Positions 14,590 to 30,274 are shown, counted from the whole stretch's first letter. The stretch is 63,780 nucleotides of DNA, filler included, from Octopus bimaculoides (GCF_001194135.2; 6 parts of 5 records of this genome joined end to end with filler, not necessarily neighbours in it), one strand, 5' to 3'. Numbers and translations: made by a program. Notes: a model not told the origin generated them from the sequence alone.

Positions 14590-15364
14590 GCACATGAACG
14601 CAAAATATTTTTATATAAATATAAGTAGAATAAATATTGGCTCAATTTAGATAAGAAAATGATAAAGAAATTTTGTTACAAAGATAGGTAAATGTTTTGA
14701 CGAAGTACTTTCTTTACTTGTAAAGATATTCTACGAAACGCAGCTTGTCTGGTTTGTATGAAATTTTAACTGACACTGTAACTATGCTGATTATTATAGT
14801 TATAATACATGAAGGTGCCCAACCATAGCAAATATTAATTTGTTCGCACAAAAAAAGATTTTTTCTCTGCGTCACTCAACATGATCTCTATCCATTAATT
14901 GCTCACAAAAGATGTATAAATTAGCTAAACATTAAGACTTTAACTAGAGTTTCATTAGTCATATACATATACATTAACCATTGTATATATCTCTCTATAT
15001 GTATATATATAATAGATAAGAAACATATATAAATATATATATAAATGTGTGTGTGTGTGTGTATAATACATACAAATATATATGTGCGTACACATTCGTG
15101 TATACCTTTCATATGTGTGTATGCGTGTGTGTGTGTGGTGCGGTGTTTATATATTCATATTGTCGACTCTATCCATTAATTGCTCACAAAATGTGTGTTA
15201 ATTAGACAAGCACCTTGTCTTACAGTGAATCTTCATGAGTGACACATATACACACACGAATGTGTGCGTATACATATACCCATACGTATATATGCATTCA
15301 TTCTTATGCGTGTATAGCATGAACATACTGATGGGTTTTTTTTCATATATGCATTCATATATAG

Positions 15365-15412
<48 letters not shown>

Positions 15413-16248
15413 ACACGCACACTTACACACACAGACACACACATACACATATGTGCATAGGTGTCTTCACTTATTTGACTATATATGTATATATGTAGAT
15501 ATGCGTATGTGTAGATGTGTATAGCTATGTGCCTGTGCGTATATGTGTATACATGTATGTACACACACTCACACATACACGCAAACACACACACACACAC
15601 ACACACACATACACACATATACATGGTTATAACAGGTGAAAAGTTTTGTAGTTGGCTTTTTATCTCTAAGTTGATTTATGGTAATTTTATGCTAATCTCT
15701 AACTACCTACGTATCTTCTTGCTTTCTTTCATATTTCTAGTTCTTTCTAGTTTCTTTTCTTTTCACCAATGTTATGTTTGAGAACTGTTTGTATGCTTTT
15801 GATAGGATGAAGGAAGCAATGACAAGAATAAAAAAGATTGTACGTCATACATACAATCACTAAGGAATCTGATTATTATCATGTAGACACACACACACAC
15901 AATAAATTCTTCTTGTTCTTTTTTTTGTATTATTGAATGTATTTATTCAATAATAGCTGATTAAAAATTCAGTATGTCTTTTCATTTGCTGAGAAAATAA
16001 AAGACGTCTTGATCGGGGTATGATTTTTTTTTCTTTTCTCTTCCTTTTTTTTTGTGGACATTTTGTTCTTGCATTTTTATAATTCTTCTTTCTTTTCTTC
16101 TGGAGTCACATGGCTTCTTCTGTTCTCTTCTATTCTCATCTTATTTCTTCTTTATTTTTTTACGAAACACACTTTTCGTTCATTCGGGCATCTCTAATGA
16201 GGTGAGTATTTTCTTTCAGAATTTTAATATATAAAATTATTCAGTGCG

Positions 16249-16691
<443 letters not shown>

Positions 16692-18524
16692 TACATATAT
16701 ACAGATATAGATTTATGCATAAGAAGAAACGGATCCCTACCATGTTAACATAGCCGTAGTTACCCCTGGATAGCATTGAAACAATCCATAATATATTCAA
16801 ACGGCTGAGTGCAGGCGAAACTTGATGATGATAAAAATACTGAAGGATACTTCTAATACTCCTGCAGTTGTTTCGTATCCAGTCAAAGGGAAATTGATCA
16901 ATGCATGCTGATCAGTAAATGCTTTGAAGCTGGCTTAAAGGGGTACTTTAAATGAAATTTTTTGAAACTAAGGAAAAAATGATGATCCCCTGTTGTTGTT
17001 TTAGTACTTAGTACCAGTGATTAAAACCTATGATTAAAGGTATTCCAAGCATGACTACCCACTCTCATTCCATCTCATTTTCAGACAGTCCATCGAAAAC
17101 TAGCATCCAATTTGAGTTTACCTTTTCAAGATTTCTCTGGCACGATGTGAAAATTGGGTTTCTCTTTAAAGAGATGTAGAGATTCTTTCGTTTTGCTAAT
17201 GACCAGCAATACATAACTAATGTTGAGGAGATTTTAATTAAATAACTACCAGTTATATAATGGCGTTAGATGTATTGCCTATATTGCGAACGATGTAGGA
17301 ATGAAGAATTTCTCTGCTTAAAGAAATCAATCATATATTCTGTACGGATATTCAGTTCAAATTCAGACTAAAAATGTCCAGTCTTTTATCCACTTATATC
17401 AGCTAAAACACGTCAGTCTCTCCACTAGACGTGAGGTTAGAATTCACCTCGCAGCCTCGTAGTTCCAGGTTCTATCTCACTGAACAGCACTTTTGGGAAA
17501 ACATCTTCTGCCATAATTTCGGATTAAATAGTACTTTCTTAGAATTTTCTACGCAAAAACGAACTTTGCAGATGTCCAGCGGTAATTAATATCAGCGTTT
17601 AATATACACCACAGCGAAAAAACTAACAAGAAAATTTTCTTTAATGCTTTACGAACAGAGTTCCTTGTAAGGATTAAATAACCTTTTGGCACTGTCACTC
17701 TCAGAGATACTGTGAACCAGTGGTCAGTCCATTGGAACCTTATAACCAACAGTACTATTGTTCACTGTCACATGAGATAAATACATGAATTAGTTACTCG
17801 AACGAGTCACACCAACTCTCTTTATTATCATTTGAAACCCCTGAAAAACCATTGTTTATTCCTTAGTATAGAAAGATTTTCTACGTAGGCAGTCGGCATA
17901 CTAAAAATGGTAACGAAATTTCCCTCAAATTATTCTACATAACCGTTTTGGAAAAGCATAATGGATATTATATAATAACAAAGTGGTCATGAGGGAAAAT
18001 AAAATACATTTGATCATAGGTCTACCCAATCAGAGCTACTTTGGTGCTAACGAACAACAATAATAGCCACAAATTATTGTGACAGGGTTACATGGTTACT
18101 GTATTTCTTATATTGTAGCAGAGCTATTTTTAATGAACCATTTTTGGATGTTGAGTTCCCGGTAAAGTAGTTGAGTTACTTTTAATAAAACAATATTAGA
18201 TACTGGATTTTCATATTGTAGTAGGGACATCTTTGATAGTCCAATACTGGACAGGTTATTAAATTTCTTATAACAGGGGGTATCTTTATAAACCAACATT
18301 GGATACTAACTTTCGCATATTATAGATGCGATATTTTTGATAGCACTTGAGGCAGTCAAGTTAAAAATTTTATTGCCATAGGCAGCAGCATTCTTTTCAA
18401 TTAATGCATTTAAACATATTTTTCACGACAGTTTTTTCATTATCTAAAATTGGCTGAAAATTATTCCTAATCACATGAAATACTTCTTTCGTTCTACAGT
18501 AGGGACTAAACCTGAAATTCGAGA

Positions 18525-18672
18525 GGAGGAAACTAGTTGATTACATCGACCCCAGTCGATTGACCCTGAAAAGATGAAAAAGGAAAGTCAACATCGGCAG
18601 GATTTGAACTCAGAACATAAAGCTTGAAAAACATTTTGGCTGCTGTGCTATTGTTTCTGCCAACTCGCCGTT
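18525..18672 (-). mobile_element. SINE family A (degenerate)
   Basis: Contains atcgaccccag, gatttgaactcagaac and tctgccaactcgccg, the reverse complement of the family A head seen at 34573. Confidence 0.75.
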
Positions 18673-18819
18673 CTTCATCACATGGAATCTTTATCTTTCC
18701 ATCTTCAAGAAATTGCAGCCAAATATTATTCAATCATATTGTATCGTCTAGTAAATAGATGGGCATATTGGATAATGTTTTCTAAGATTTAAGTTATTAC
18801 GGTCACGATTAGAAGACCT

Positions 18820-19450
18820 TCGATCATAGACCTATTCGTTCAAGGCTGACCTGAGGCTACACCACCACAACAATGACAATAACAATGTTGTTGATATTGC
18901 TCTTGTTGATGTGAAGATGTTGTAGTGTTAATGATGTTGATGTTGTGTTTATCGTTGTTTAACTCAAGTTCAATGTTGATCAGGTCGACCTATTATCAAT
19001 AGCGTTCTAACAGTAAATATCTTGTTTTGTGTTATTGTATTATCTAGGACAACACTGTCGAATGCGTCCTTGAGTTTTCTTTTATTTATTTTCCTCTAAG
19101 ATGGCAGGTGAGGTGGGATTTGAGAAAGATGTTGCTTGTATTGTTAGGTGGCCAAGCGACTACTTTACATATTCTCTCGATGACTAGCTGAATATTCATG
19201 TTCTGTTAATTATGAAGTTGTTACAGCCGCCTTTGTTTTAAACAACTCTGTAACCCAACTTGATTATATCAAAAAGCTGACTTTTGCTCTGTCAAGAAGC
19301 TATGGGTTCGAATATTTGGTCTGGCTAGAACTCTCCTATTGTTTTTCTTGTTGCAGCTGCGGTATGTCATTTCTTAAACGGTACGGTGTGATTTCACGAT
19401 GATTTGGCTGTTATTTCCAGCAGGTCAAGCGCCAATGTAGAGGTTGGTTT
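18820..19450. repeat. Cluster of short dispersed repeats (motifs gtgtgatttgag.gagatttggctg.tatttctagcagg and gacctatgatcaaag)
   Basis: Degenerate copies of the same motifs recur near 12830, 13190, 17020, 18010, 54550, 55200, 55680, 60290, 60645 and 61140. Confidence 0.55.
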
Positions 19451-20421
19451 TAATGTCAAGCGTACTTTTCTGCCACTTTGTTATAATTTGAATGAAGCAC
19501 GGCCAAATGGTTAATCCTGAAGCCCTGAGTTGGCACACATTTGAGACAAGTACTTGATAAACTTCAAAGGTTTGTAAGAGAAACTAAATGGTCGAAAACT
19601 TTGTCGAAGCCGTCAGACAGCTTCTATCACTAGTTCAAAGGTACAGTCGCACACTACGTCACGCTGATTTTGCTTAAGGATTACGTTAAGGATACAGGAG
19701 TCTATAGAATATACTTATGTGTTAATTTAATGGGTAGGTAGTTCAGTTAAAACACAAAGATATTCATCGTCGAAGCCGACGGAGATCCATTTACTTTTAG
19801 TTTTACTGTCGAAGGTATCGCCTAATTTATGGATTACCTAATGAATCAACATATCTAAGTTTCATTGTAAGTAAATTCACTTGAAGGGATCCTTGTTGCT
19901 GCTTAGGAGAGTGATTTATTTCTCTCATGATATGAAACTATCTCTGCAGAAACTAAGAGTTGAAATAAAGTGTTTAATGTCATTACGAAGGCTTTTTTGT
20001 CAGAGTTTTCGAATGTGATCAAATCAGTATCTGAGTGTTGTGATTGTAGGACAATATTAAACAAGATATCTTCTCATTTTAAAACGGTTAATTTATTTTA
20101 TTGTAATCTAGAATGTTTTTGTGCTAATAGAAATTTACATATTCTTATTACTTGAGATGTGATCATAAATTTAGACTTTAATAAATACTTCTTATTTGGG
20201 AAAACCAAAAGAAGAGTTAAGTACACAATTATTTCTCCAAACCACGTGAGAGATATTTCTCTAGGGTTGCCTGAGATAACTTCTAAGATAACTTCCTTCG
20301 GCAAGTCGGCCCCTTATCATTAATCCTTAAAACGCAGTGGTTTTAAGAATAATGTTACTTACCTAAATAACAATAACAATACAAATAGCGACAGCAATAA
20401 CAGAACAATAACAACAGTAGC

Positions 20422-20469
<48 letters not shown>

Positions 20470-20472
<3 letters not shown>

Positions 20473-20942
20473 GTTATGCAGGGAGATGAAAAAGTAACGA
20501 TACTCTGGGATTACGATCTCCAGACGAATCGTGTAATCGAACACCGTCGGCCGGATATTGTCATATTGAGTAAGAGAGACAAATACTGTCAGATCATTGG
20601 TGTAGCCATACCAAATGACATGAATGTTGTGAGTAAAGAGACTGCAAAAATCACCAAGTACACCGAAATGAAAGTGGAAGTGGCAAGACTGTATGGAATG
20701 CGAAAGGGTAATGTAAAAGTGATACCAGTGGTGATTGGAGCATTGGGCTCAATCCTATTGAAACTTCAAGACTTCTTAAGGCAACTTGAAATCCCATGCA
20801 AGGTTGATGTCTTGCAAAAAGCAGCCTTTTGGGGCACAGCGCACATGTTAAGGAAAGTATTATCTGTCCGAGGTCCTTGTTGTGACTTGACAGATAACTA
20901 AAGACTCCGGTGCATTTTTACCTAAACTGTGTTACGAAGGAG
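20470..20942 (+). mobile_element. R4/Dong-like non-LTR retrotransposon 3' end (restriction-like endonuclease domain), copy 1
   Basis: ORF 20476-20901: ILWDYDLQTNRVIEHRRPDIVIL...IIGVAIPND...KITKY...VIPVVIGALG...LQKAAFWGTAHMLRKVL. This is a PD-(D/E)xK RLE C-terminus, flanked by (TAA)n on both sides. Confidence 0.85.
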
Positions 20943-20967
20943 TAATAATAATAATAATAATGATAAT

Positions 20968-21173
20968 AGTCCTTTCTACTAAAGGCACAAGACCTGACAT
21001 TTGGTGGGAGGGGCTAAGTCGACCCCAGTGATCAAACAGTACTTATTTATCGAACTCGAAAGGATGAAAGTCAAAGACGACCTCAGCGGAATTTGAACTC
21101 AGACATAAAGACGAACGAAATGCTGTTAAGCATTTCACCCGGTGTGCTAACGATTCTGCCAACTCACCGCCTT
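20968..21173 (-). mobile_element. SINE family A
   Basis: Near full-length reverse complement of the 34573-34804 element. Confidence 0.85.
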
Positions 21174-21175
21174 CG

Positions 21176-21610
21176 ATTCAAACGGACAAGAAGTTAGAAA
21201 ATAGTAGACCGGACATAACAATTATAGATAAGGAAAAGCGAGGTTGCTTACTAATCGATACATCATGCCCATATGACTCCAGGATCGAGAAGAAAGAAGA
21301 CGAAAACAAAAACAAAAAATACAATCCTTTAAAAATTGAAATAAGAAGAATTTGGAGTATGAGAACTGTCAAGGTTGTGCCTATAGTAATTGGTGCGTTG
21401 GAAACAGTATGCAAAGATATGGACAAATGGCTGAAGGAGATTGAAATAGAATACTCTGCAGAGATCCTTCAAAAAATTTGTCTCTTAGGGACAGCAAGGG
21501 TTCTAAGCACTTGAAAGACTGCTGAAAACTTGTGGTTACCTAAGATTACAGGTAGTAATCCGCTACCCACATGAATCCTACCAGGAATAAGACCGAGCCT
21601 GAATCAAACC
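21176..21610 (+). mobile_element. R4/Dong-like RLE 3' end, copy 2
   Basis: Open frame 21176-21514: IQTDKKLENSRPDITIIDKEKRGCLLIDTSCPYD...KYNPLKIEIRRIW...VVPIVIGAL...LQKICLLGTARVL*, followed by a 3'UTR. Confidence 0.85.
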
Positions 21611-21619
21611 AAAAATAAT

Positions 21620-22118
<499 letters not shown>

Positions 22119-22368
22119 CTCCCCTATATTTTTCTCTCTGTCTTTTTCTATATGAGCGTTCCCATTCAAACGTCAACTGCTTCGAAAGCAGTTGACAAAC
22201 CATCATGATGTTTTTATGACATTGATAAGTGACGAAACAAATTAATATTTCAACCAGGAAACCCTAGGTAACTGTATTTCGCAAGGCTCTTGGTTTTTAT
22301 TATATCTTTACTTTCTTACCTAATCGAGTTCTATACTAATGTGTTGAAGCCATATCACACAGTTGATA

Positions 22369-23502
22369 CACGAGTTGAGCTGGAAAAGTTCGTAGGCTGA
22401 CTATGAAAAAGTGATGCTAGAGCTGTGAAATTGTGCATGCACTAATTTCGATTATTCTTATTAATAACTGCATTGTTTCTTTCCAGGTAACTGTACATCT
22501 GACTGTTCACATAAGGCTTTAAAGTAATTGGTAGCAACTTCTTTTGAGAATGGACAACATTTGGCATCGGGGTCTTGTCAAGTACCCGCAGAAAAGCGGT
22601 TTAGTTTCCAACGACATGCCGATATAGTTGCTATATTAGGGGATGACGTTCCAGCTTAATCAACAGTGCGAAAGTGAGTAGTAGAACTTAGAAGGAGAAG
22701 GGAGAATCTTGAAGACGACCCAAGGTCTGAACATCCTCTAACTACCACCACCGAGAAAAAACATTGATCGAGTTCACCACATGGTGATGGATGACAGGCG
22801 ATTAACAATAAATCAAATAACCAATGCTATTAGCATATCCCGTGAGAGAGTTGCACAATGGACTTGGCATGACAAAGGTTTATGCTTGGTGGGTGCCACT
22901 TCTTTTGACAGCAGATCAAAAGCGCACTAGGCTGATCAAATCACAAGGAAATCGGACATTGTATGAGACAGGTCCAGCTGTTTTCTTAAGCATTTCCTAA
23001 CCCAGGATGAGTGTTGGGTTCATCACTTTGAGCCAGAAACAAAGAGACAATTCATAGAGGAAACACCCCTCCGAACCTGCTCCAAAGTCGTCGTTTCATC
23101 AACAAGGAAAATAATGGCCTCAGTTTTCTGAGATGGAAAAAGTATTGTGTTTATTGACTATTTTCAAAAGGTCCATAGTACTCTCCATCGATGACTGTGG
23201 CTTTGGGCTGATTGATCACCTTCCCTATCCTCCTAATTTGGCCCCATCTATCATCTATTCCTCATCCTGAAAACACACTTGTCTGGGAACCAGTATCGCA
23301 GTGATGACGGCATATCTGCTGTTGACTCTTTTTAAGCAACAGGATGAAAGCCTCTTCCCCGATTAGATCCAAGTACTGGAATGCCAATGGAAGAAGTGTG
23401 TGAACTACAAGGGGGAGGGTCTACAGTGAAAAAAAGCTTCATTTGGTTAGATTCCATGAGAGTATCTTGGCCAGCCAATAAACTTTTCAACCGACTTTCG
23501 TG
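22369..23502 (+). mobile_element. Mariner DNA transposon, defective and internally deleted
   Basis: Imperfect TIRs (cacgagttgagctggaaaagttcgtaggctgac / ggccagccaataaacttttcaaccgactttcgtg) with TA at the left end. Transposase from ATG 22550 has LEDDPRS, WVPLLLT, DECWVHHFEPETK, HLPYPPNLAP and a mariner C-terminus; the second catalytic Asp region is missing. Confidence 0.88.
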
Positions 23503-23575
23503 TGTACATACATACATGCATACATGCATACATACAAACATACAGATGTACGTGTATATGTCTGTGTGTTTGTCT

Positions 23576-23616
<41 letters not shown>

Positions 23617-23634
23617 NNNNNNNNNNNNNNNNNN

Positions 23635-23691
<57 letters not shown>

Positions 23692-25268
23692 GCAAATGAA
23701 AAGGGATACGGAAATCCAAACTTATCTTAGTCACACTTCTGCAAACCTGCAAATACTTACATACATCGAATGCATAGAAACGGACGTTGTTTCAGTAAGA
23801 GTGTTTCACACAAACTGAAAATCCAAGAAATGTTTCTTGTGTCGTGATTTACAAAACAAGCAACATATTAATTTCAACAGCATATTAGTCAGATAAATCA
23901 TTTATCATGTAAAACATGGAAAACGCAATCATTATGTAATATTGATTGCAAAATCCATCGCTATTTCTTCATGACTAAATGAATGAAATAATATGAGAAA
24001 AACGTGGATGAATTCATCTATATATTCATACAATTCGGCGGGAAGGGGCTTGTAAGAGGACATTCCAATATTAGAAAGAGTAACGATAATAGATGGACAA
24101 GATCATTTTTAAGTTGAATGCATTAATTAGTCTGTATATTAAGTCAATTGTCTGGTCGAGAAATTGAACAGTATTCAAATCTGTATTATTGCACTGAGTG
24201 ACATAAACCAACTGGAATTAGTATTTCAAGAGTAGCTTCAAAGAAAACCTTAATAAACAGAGAGATAGCAAAGAAGTAAGGAAAAGAAAGATGGGAGGAA
24301 GAGGATGAGGAGGAGGATAATTTAAAAGGGTCAGAACAATATGAGCAAGCTTCGATGAAAGAAAAAGTAAATGTCTTATACAATTGAAGGGACCGAATGA
24401 AAGCTATACAATTAATATAACGGGAGTCGGACAAGTCAGAACACTATTGAGCAAATAGTGTTTAGAGACCCTATACGGGACGCCCGAAGCCATACATTTG
24501 ATAACCACTCAAGAATGCTTTCAATTACTATTAACATATAGCAAATTCTCGTTTGATTTACAGTGAAGTTGATAGCAAGCAGTATACATCTAACGTCACA
24601 TCGAGAAAGTTTGTTACCCTGTGGTTATTACCCACCAAAATATATTGTCCTAAGTTTTAAAAAGAACCTCAAGTTTTTTCCTATACCTTTCTAATTCTAC
24701 GTTGCTTCATTCATGGAATGAGAAGAAAGCATCATCTCTGTCCTTAAGCAATGCACTTGATTTCATATTGCTGTAGTCTAATTAGCTGAAGATTAGCACC
24801 AGCCAATGGAATGGTCGAGAAAATATCTACCTGTCCTCACGTCTACATAGATACATAATGCAAGTGGCGAAAGTGTGGTGCAAGTAACGAGATCATACTC
24901 ATAATTGCTATATATTCTCGTTTCTGGGAAAACGGAAAGTATAGAGAAGGTAGAGGTTAGAGATGATAGAGTAGATAGGTTTATTTACTTAATAAGGATT
25001 CTAACAAAACAACTTTTTTTTTTGCTTTAGAATTCGTCCAAGACAAATTCTAAAATGGCTGGTACAGTATCGTCTTGTAAGAGTAAGGATTTTAATGCAC
25101 ATGCACATTTATACCTACATACATGCATTCATTACATACATATTCATGCATACATTCGAGCACAAATACACGCATACGCATATGCACACACATGTACAAT
25201 GCAATATATAACGCATATACATACATATAAAATGTGAGAGAGAGAGCGCGCGCGAGAAAGAGTGTGTG

Positions 25269-25377
<109 letters not shown>

Positions 25378-28029
25378 GTGCGTGTGCTTGTGTGTGTGTA
25401 CTTGTGTGTGTACGCACGCTATATCTCCGTCCAAATCGAAGGTCACTATGAATAGACTTTTGGACATAGTGTTACCACACTGACATCAGGGATATAAAAG
25501 CAGCATTCGTTAATGGATGTAATCCGTATCATTCATTTCGAAAAGATTAATCTCGTGCTGTCATTCACAATCTCTGTCCCCTTTTCACATCCCATCTCAT
25601 ATATTTTACACCTTCCTCAATCAACTTATGGCTTTCTCTTAAAAACCTCTCAATAGAAACTAACGGAAAGACGCATAGATTGTACATAACTTGGTGGCGA
25701 AACTATTGTCAAGACGAACATTATATGACTAACTGGATGAGCTTGAAACTTGGGAAGGAGGCAGGATAGTAAGAGAGGGGAGAGAGAGAGGAGGAAAGAG
25801 AGAAGGGGAAGAAGGAGGGAGGGAGGGAGAGGAGAAAATGTAGAGTTATAGGGTAAGGGTGAGGACGATATATGCTGGGGAGTGTGGTCATTGGCCGTAA
25901 CAAGTGCGCTTTTCTCCCTAAGAATTCTAATAGAAGGTTAAAGATAATCTGCAGACACGATGAGAACACGCAAAGGTCATGCGCATGGCACTATGTTTCT
26001 GCAAAGATACACCACACNNNNNNNNNNNNNNNNNNNNNNNNNNNNNNNNNNNNNNNNNNNNNNNNNNNNNNNNNNNNNNNNNNNNNNNNNNNNNNNNNNN
26101 NNNNNNNNNNNNNNNNNNNNNNNNNNNNNNNNNNNNNNNNNNNNNNNNNNNNNNNNNNNNNNNNNNNNNNNNNNNNNNNNNNNNNNNNNNNNNNNNNNNN
26201 NNNNNNNNNNNNNNNNNNNNNNNNNNNNNNNNNNNNNNNNNNNNNNNNNNNNNNNNNNNNNNNNNNNNNNNNNNNNNNNNNNNNNNNNNNNNNNNNNNNN
26301 NNNNNNNNNNNNNNNNNNNNNNNNNNNNNNNNNNNNNNNNNNNNNNNNNNNNNNNNNNNNNNNNNNNNNNNNNNNNNNNNNNNNNNNNNNNNNNNNNNNN
26401 NNNNNNNNNNNNNNNNNNNNNNNNNNNNNNNNNNNNNNNNNNNNNNNNNNNNNNNNNNNNNNNNNNNNNNNNNNNNNNNNNNNNNNNNNNNNNNNNNNNN
26501 NNNNNNNNNNNNNNNNNNNNNNNNNNNNNNNNNNNNNNNNNNNNNNNNNNNNNNNNNNNNNNNNNNNNNNNNNNNNNNNNNNNNNNNNNNNNNNNNNNNN
26601 NNNNNNNNNNNNNNNNNNNNNNNNNNNNNNNNNNNNNNNNNNNNNNNNNNNNNNNNNNNNNNNNNNNNNNNNNNNNNNNNNNNNNNNNNNNNNNNNNNNN
26701 NNNNNNNTATATATATATATATATATTAAGGTTACACACACGTAAACATAACTGGAAACACGACAGTTTTTAAATATTTTAAAAAGATTTTTTCATATTT
26801 CCTTATTAGAATTCTTTTCTCACTTCCTCATTATATCTCATAAAATTCCATAAATTAAAATTTCCCTAATTAGAACTTGATATGTAAACATGATATTTGG
26901 AAACTATATTACACAAATATTAGGCACTCAAGACATAAAAGAAAATCCTTCGTCTAACATTTAAGAATTATTAGACGTACATCAGACATTCATTATGCAT
27001 CCTTTCTTTCTGGTTGATTATGGATACCTACATGACTCTCTGACGTGGTTAGAAATAGCTGGCAAATTTCTATCAGTTTGCATCCTATGATACAAAGATA
27101 GTGAAACACATTTGATAATAGAGTCATAGATTTGTAATGCACAACGTTTGCCTCGTAGCTACTTGTCAGTAACGTTGTAATATCATTCCTAACGAGTTGT
27201 TTCAGCGATCAAAATAGATTTTGGTTCAATTAATACGGAGTACGAAGGCCTGGATGGCCATATCTGGAATGCATTTGATTACATCTAAGCTGGAGCCGAC
27301 CAGGTTTTGAACAACAAGTATCTGCTAGTCATACTCGTTCAAAAATTAATGAATGAAGGTACCCATACGTAGAGCACTGGGACCTGCTGAAGATAGAAGC
27401 GAAATCTTTGATAAATCCAACTCTACTTTGGCTGGGATTTCGGTTGTTGTGGGTCCAAGATGCATTATTAACTACCCAATTTGCGTTTGTAAGTACATGT
27501 ATATTTTATTAATTTATGTAGACACATGTATATTTTGACATTCTATTCACATACACTGCGCGAAAGTGTTCATCCGAACCTGTTGAAATCTCCGACATGG
27601 CTACGTAAGTACCCACTCTTCTTGAAACAGGAATGACGAAGTGCAAAACACACTTCTGTATTTTCAAAGAGACAGCTACAGCGCCTTTGACTATAGTAGA
27701 CTGGGTTGATCATATTTTACTTTTGGATAAAACAATAACATCTAACAGACTCTATGGTCCAATGATAATCTTACTGTTCCTGAAAAGTCTGAAATTTAGG
27801 AGCGAAAGAAGTCAGTTAAAATGACCCCATTTATTTATTTTATCGAGCCGGAAAGGAACAGAATTCGAAATCAGGAACTAAAGATGTAGAACAAAAATCA
27901 CAACGTATTTTGTGATATTATCGAATCTTCCAGTCCAGGTACAAGGCCAGTTTTAAAGGGAACAATAATAATAATAATCATAATAATANNNNNNNNNNAA
28001 ACTACTGAATAATAATAATAATAATAATA

Positions 28030-28442
28030 CTTTCTACTATTGGCACAAGGCCTGAAATTTTAGAAGAGGGAGCTAGTCGATTATATTGACGCCAGTGTTA
28101 CTTAGTTTACCTTTACACACAATAACACACACACACGCACATACGCACACACGCATACACAAACACACATATACAAACATACATTTTGTTGCAATGCTTA
28201 TGACAGTTATAAGGTGAGAAAGTCTACTCATTTATCCAGAACTAAGTAATAAAAAAAAGTTACATGCTACGTCATTAAACCAAGTCTGTTTCGTCAGTTA
28301 ATACAAACCATTAGTTTATCGGCTCTGAAAGGATGAAAGGCCAAGTCGACCACGGCGGAATTTGACCTCAGAACGTGAAGACGAACGAAATGTTATTGAG
28401 CGTTTCGTCCGGCACGCTAACGCTTCTAGCAGCTCGCTGCCT
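28030..28442 (-). mobile_element. SINE family A split by a ~210-bp insertion
   Basis: 3' part at 28030-28100 and head at 28310-28442, separated by (CA)n plus AT-rich sequence. Confidence 0.7.
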
Positions 28443-28541
28443 TAGTAACAATGATGGTAATAATAATAATAATATTAATACAATGCGCGCGCGCATATAT
28501 ATATAATATACACACACAAACACACACACATACACACAAAC

Positions 28542-28794
28542 TAGGAAATGGAGTTGATAAACTCCAAGCTATATATGATTCATTGCAAGCAGTCTCGGAA
28601 GTAGTAATTGCCCAAATGAGATGTAATCCGCTAGCTACTCGTCATGCTAAGAATACCTTAATCAAATTTGACTAAGGGTAACTTTGGCCTGACGAGTAGC
28701 TAGCGGATTACCCCTCGTTTGCGCAATTACTACTTCCGAGGTTCTGCTAGCAGTGAATCATATGTATCCTGGATGTTATCAACTCCATTCCCTA
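28542..28794. mobile_element. ~250-bp spacerless palindrome, probable MITE
   Basis: Arms 28542-28666 and 28667-28794 are reverse complements at roughly 80% identity; TA at both ends. Confidence 0.75.
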
Positions 28795-29002
28795 ATGTTG
28801 GAATTTTCATTCTCGTACACAGCAATCCAAGCTGCTAACCGCACGCTATAATACAACTTCTCAGATTATCGAACTTCGATATTGGAAAAACTTACAACCT
28901 TCTATGTCAATAAACCACTATTGTTCACGAAAGATATTTTATACCTTCTACAGACTGCTCGAAGCTTACTAATTCCCTACACCTTGATCCTTGGATCTTA
29001 CC

Positions 29003-29052
<50 letters not shown>

Positions 29053-30174
29053 CACACAACAGTACACATAAGTANNNNNNNNNNNNNNNNNNNNNNNNNN
29101 NNNNNNNNNNNNNNNNNNNNNNNNNNNNNNNNNNNNNNNNNNNNNNNNNNNNNNNNNNNNNNNNNNNNNNNNNNNNNNNNNNNNNNNNNNNNNNNNNNNN
29201 NNNNNNNNNNNNNNNNNNNNNNNNNNNNNNNNNNNNNNNNNNNNNNNNNNNNNNNNNNNNNNNNNNNNNNNNNNNNNNNNNNNNNNNNNNNNNNNNNNNN
29301 NNNNNNNNNNNNNNNNTGTATGTATGTATTTATGAATGCATGTATGTATGTACGACAGAATACTTTCAATTTTCGTCAAACTAAATCCACTAAAAAAGTA
29401 ATGGCAGGACACATACACAAGATGCGGCGCGTTGAGATTCAACCCGGAGGCATACGATTAGGGATCAAAATTCTTACCACACACCTTCGCTTGCACAAAC
29501 TTGCATTGATACATATATACGTACAATCATACACACATACATAAATACATGCATACACACATATGTATCAACATATTTATATATGTAGGCATACGTGCGC
29601 ACTGCATGTGTGTGCTTGCGTGCGCGCGCATGTGTGTACCAGTAGACAGTGTAATCGGAGAACGAATTATAGGAAAGCGAGGAAAAAATAAGACAAAGAA
29701 TGAATTTAAAGCACAATAAATGATACCATACACACAAACACATACACACACAATACACATGCTGAAGAAAAAAAGACGGAAGAATTCAGTTAAGAAACAA
29801 TAGCGGAAATATTTGAAAGATGAGTTATAAATTAATGTTTCCTCCAAGTGGACTCAACGTTGATATGCATTATAGTTTATGAAGATTATTGTTTGTGACC
29901 ATATGCATGAACGTTTTAAATTTCGTATATACACACACACAACTAGATAGATACATATCTACATTTATGGTAAACTATCTACATAAATATAATGAACATA
30001 AATGCATATATTTATATATATACATATACATATATGTATATATATATATATATATATACATATATAGAGTTGTGGTACAACAAAGCACATACACACACAC
30101 ACACATATATATATACATATATATATATATTTATATACATATATAATGGAATGGGGTGGGATTGTTTTATTTGT

Positions 30175-30274
30175 NNNNNNNNNNNNNNNNNNNNNNNNNN
30201 NNNNNNNNNNNNNNNNNNTTAATTAATTAANNNNNNNNNNNNNNNNNNNNNNNNNNNNNNNNNNNNNNNNNNNN
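30175..30274. other. Artificial assembly join spacer N44-TTAATTAATTAA-N44
   Basis: Exactly 100 bp with a central six-frame-stop linker at 30219-30230. Confidence 0.92.

Noticed and set aside
14884-15204. ~35-bp direct repeat (ctctatccattaattgctcacaaaa) about 280 bp apart; 35-bp tandem pair at 37972-38036
   Set aside because: Small local duplications with no associated structure.
25872-26773. Long ORFs of 250-285 aa (also at 28882, 46498 and 56631)
   Set aside because: They are open only because they span N-gaps.
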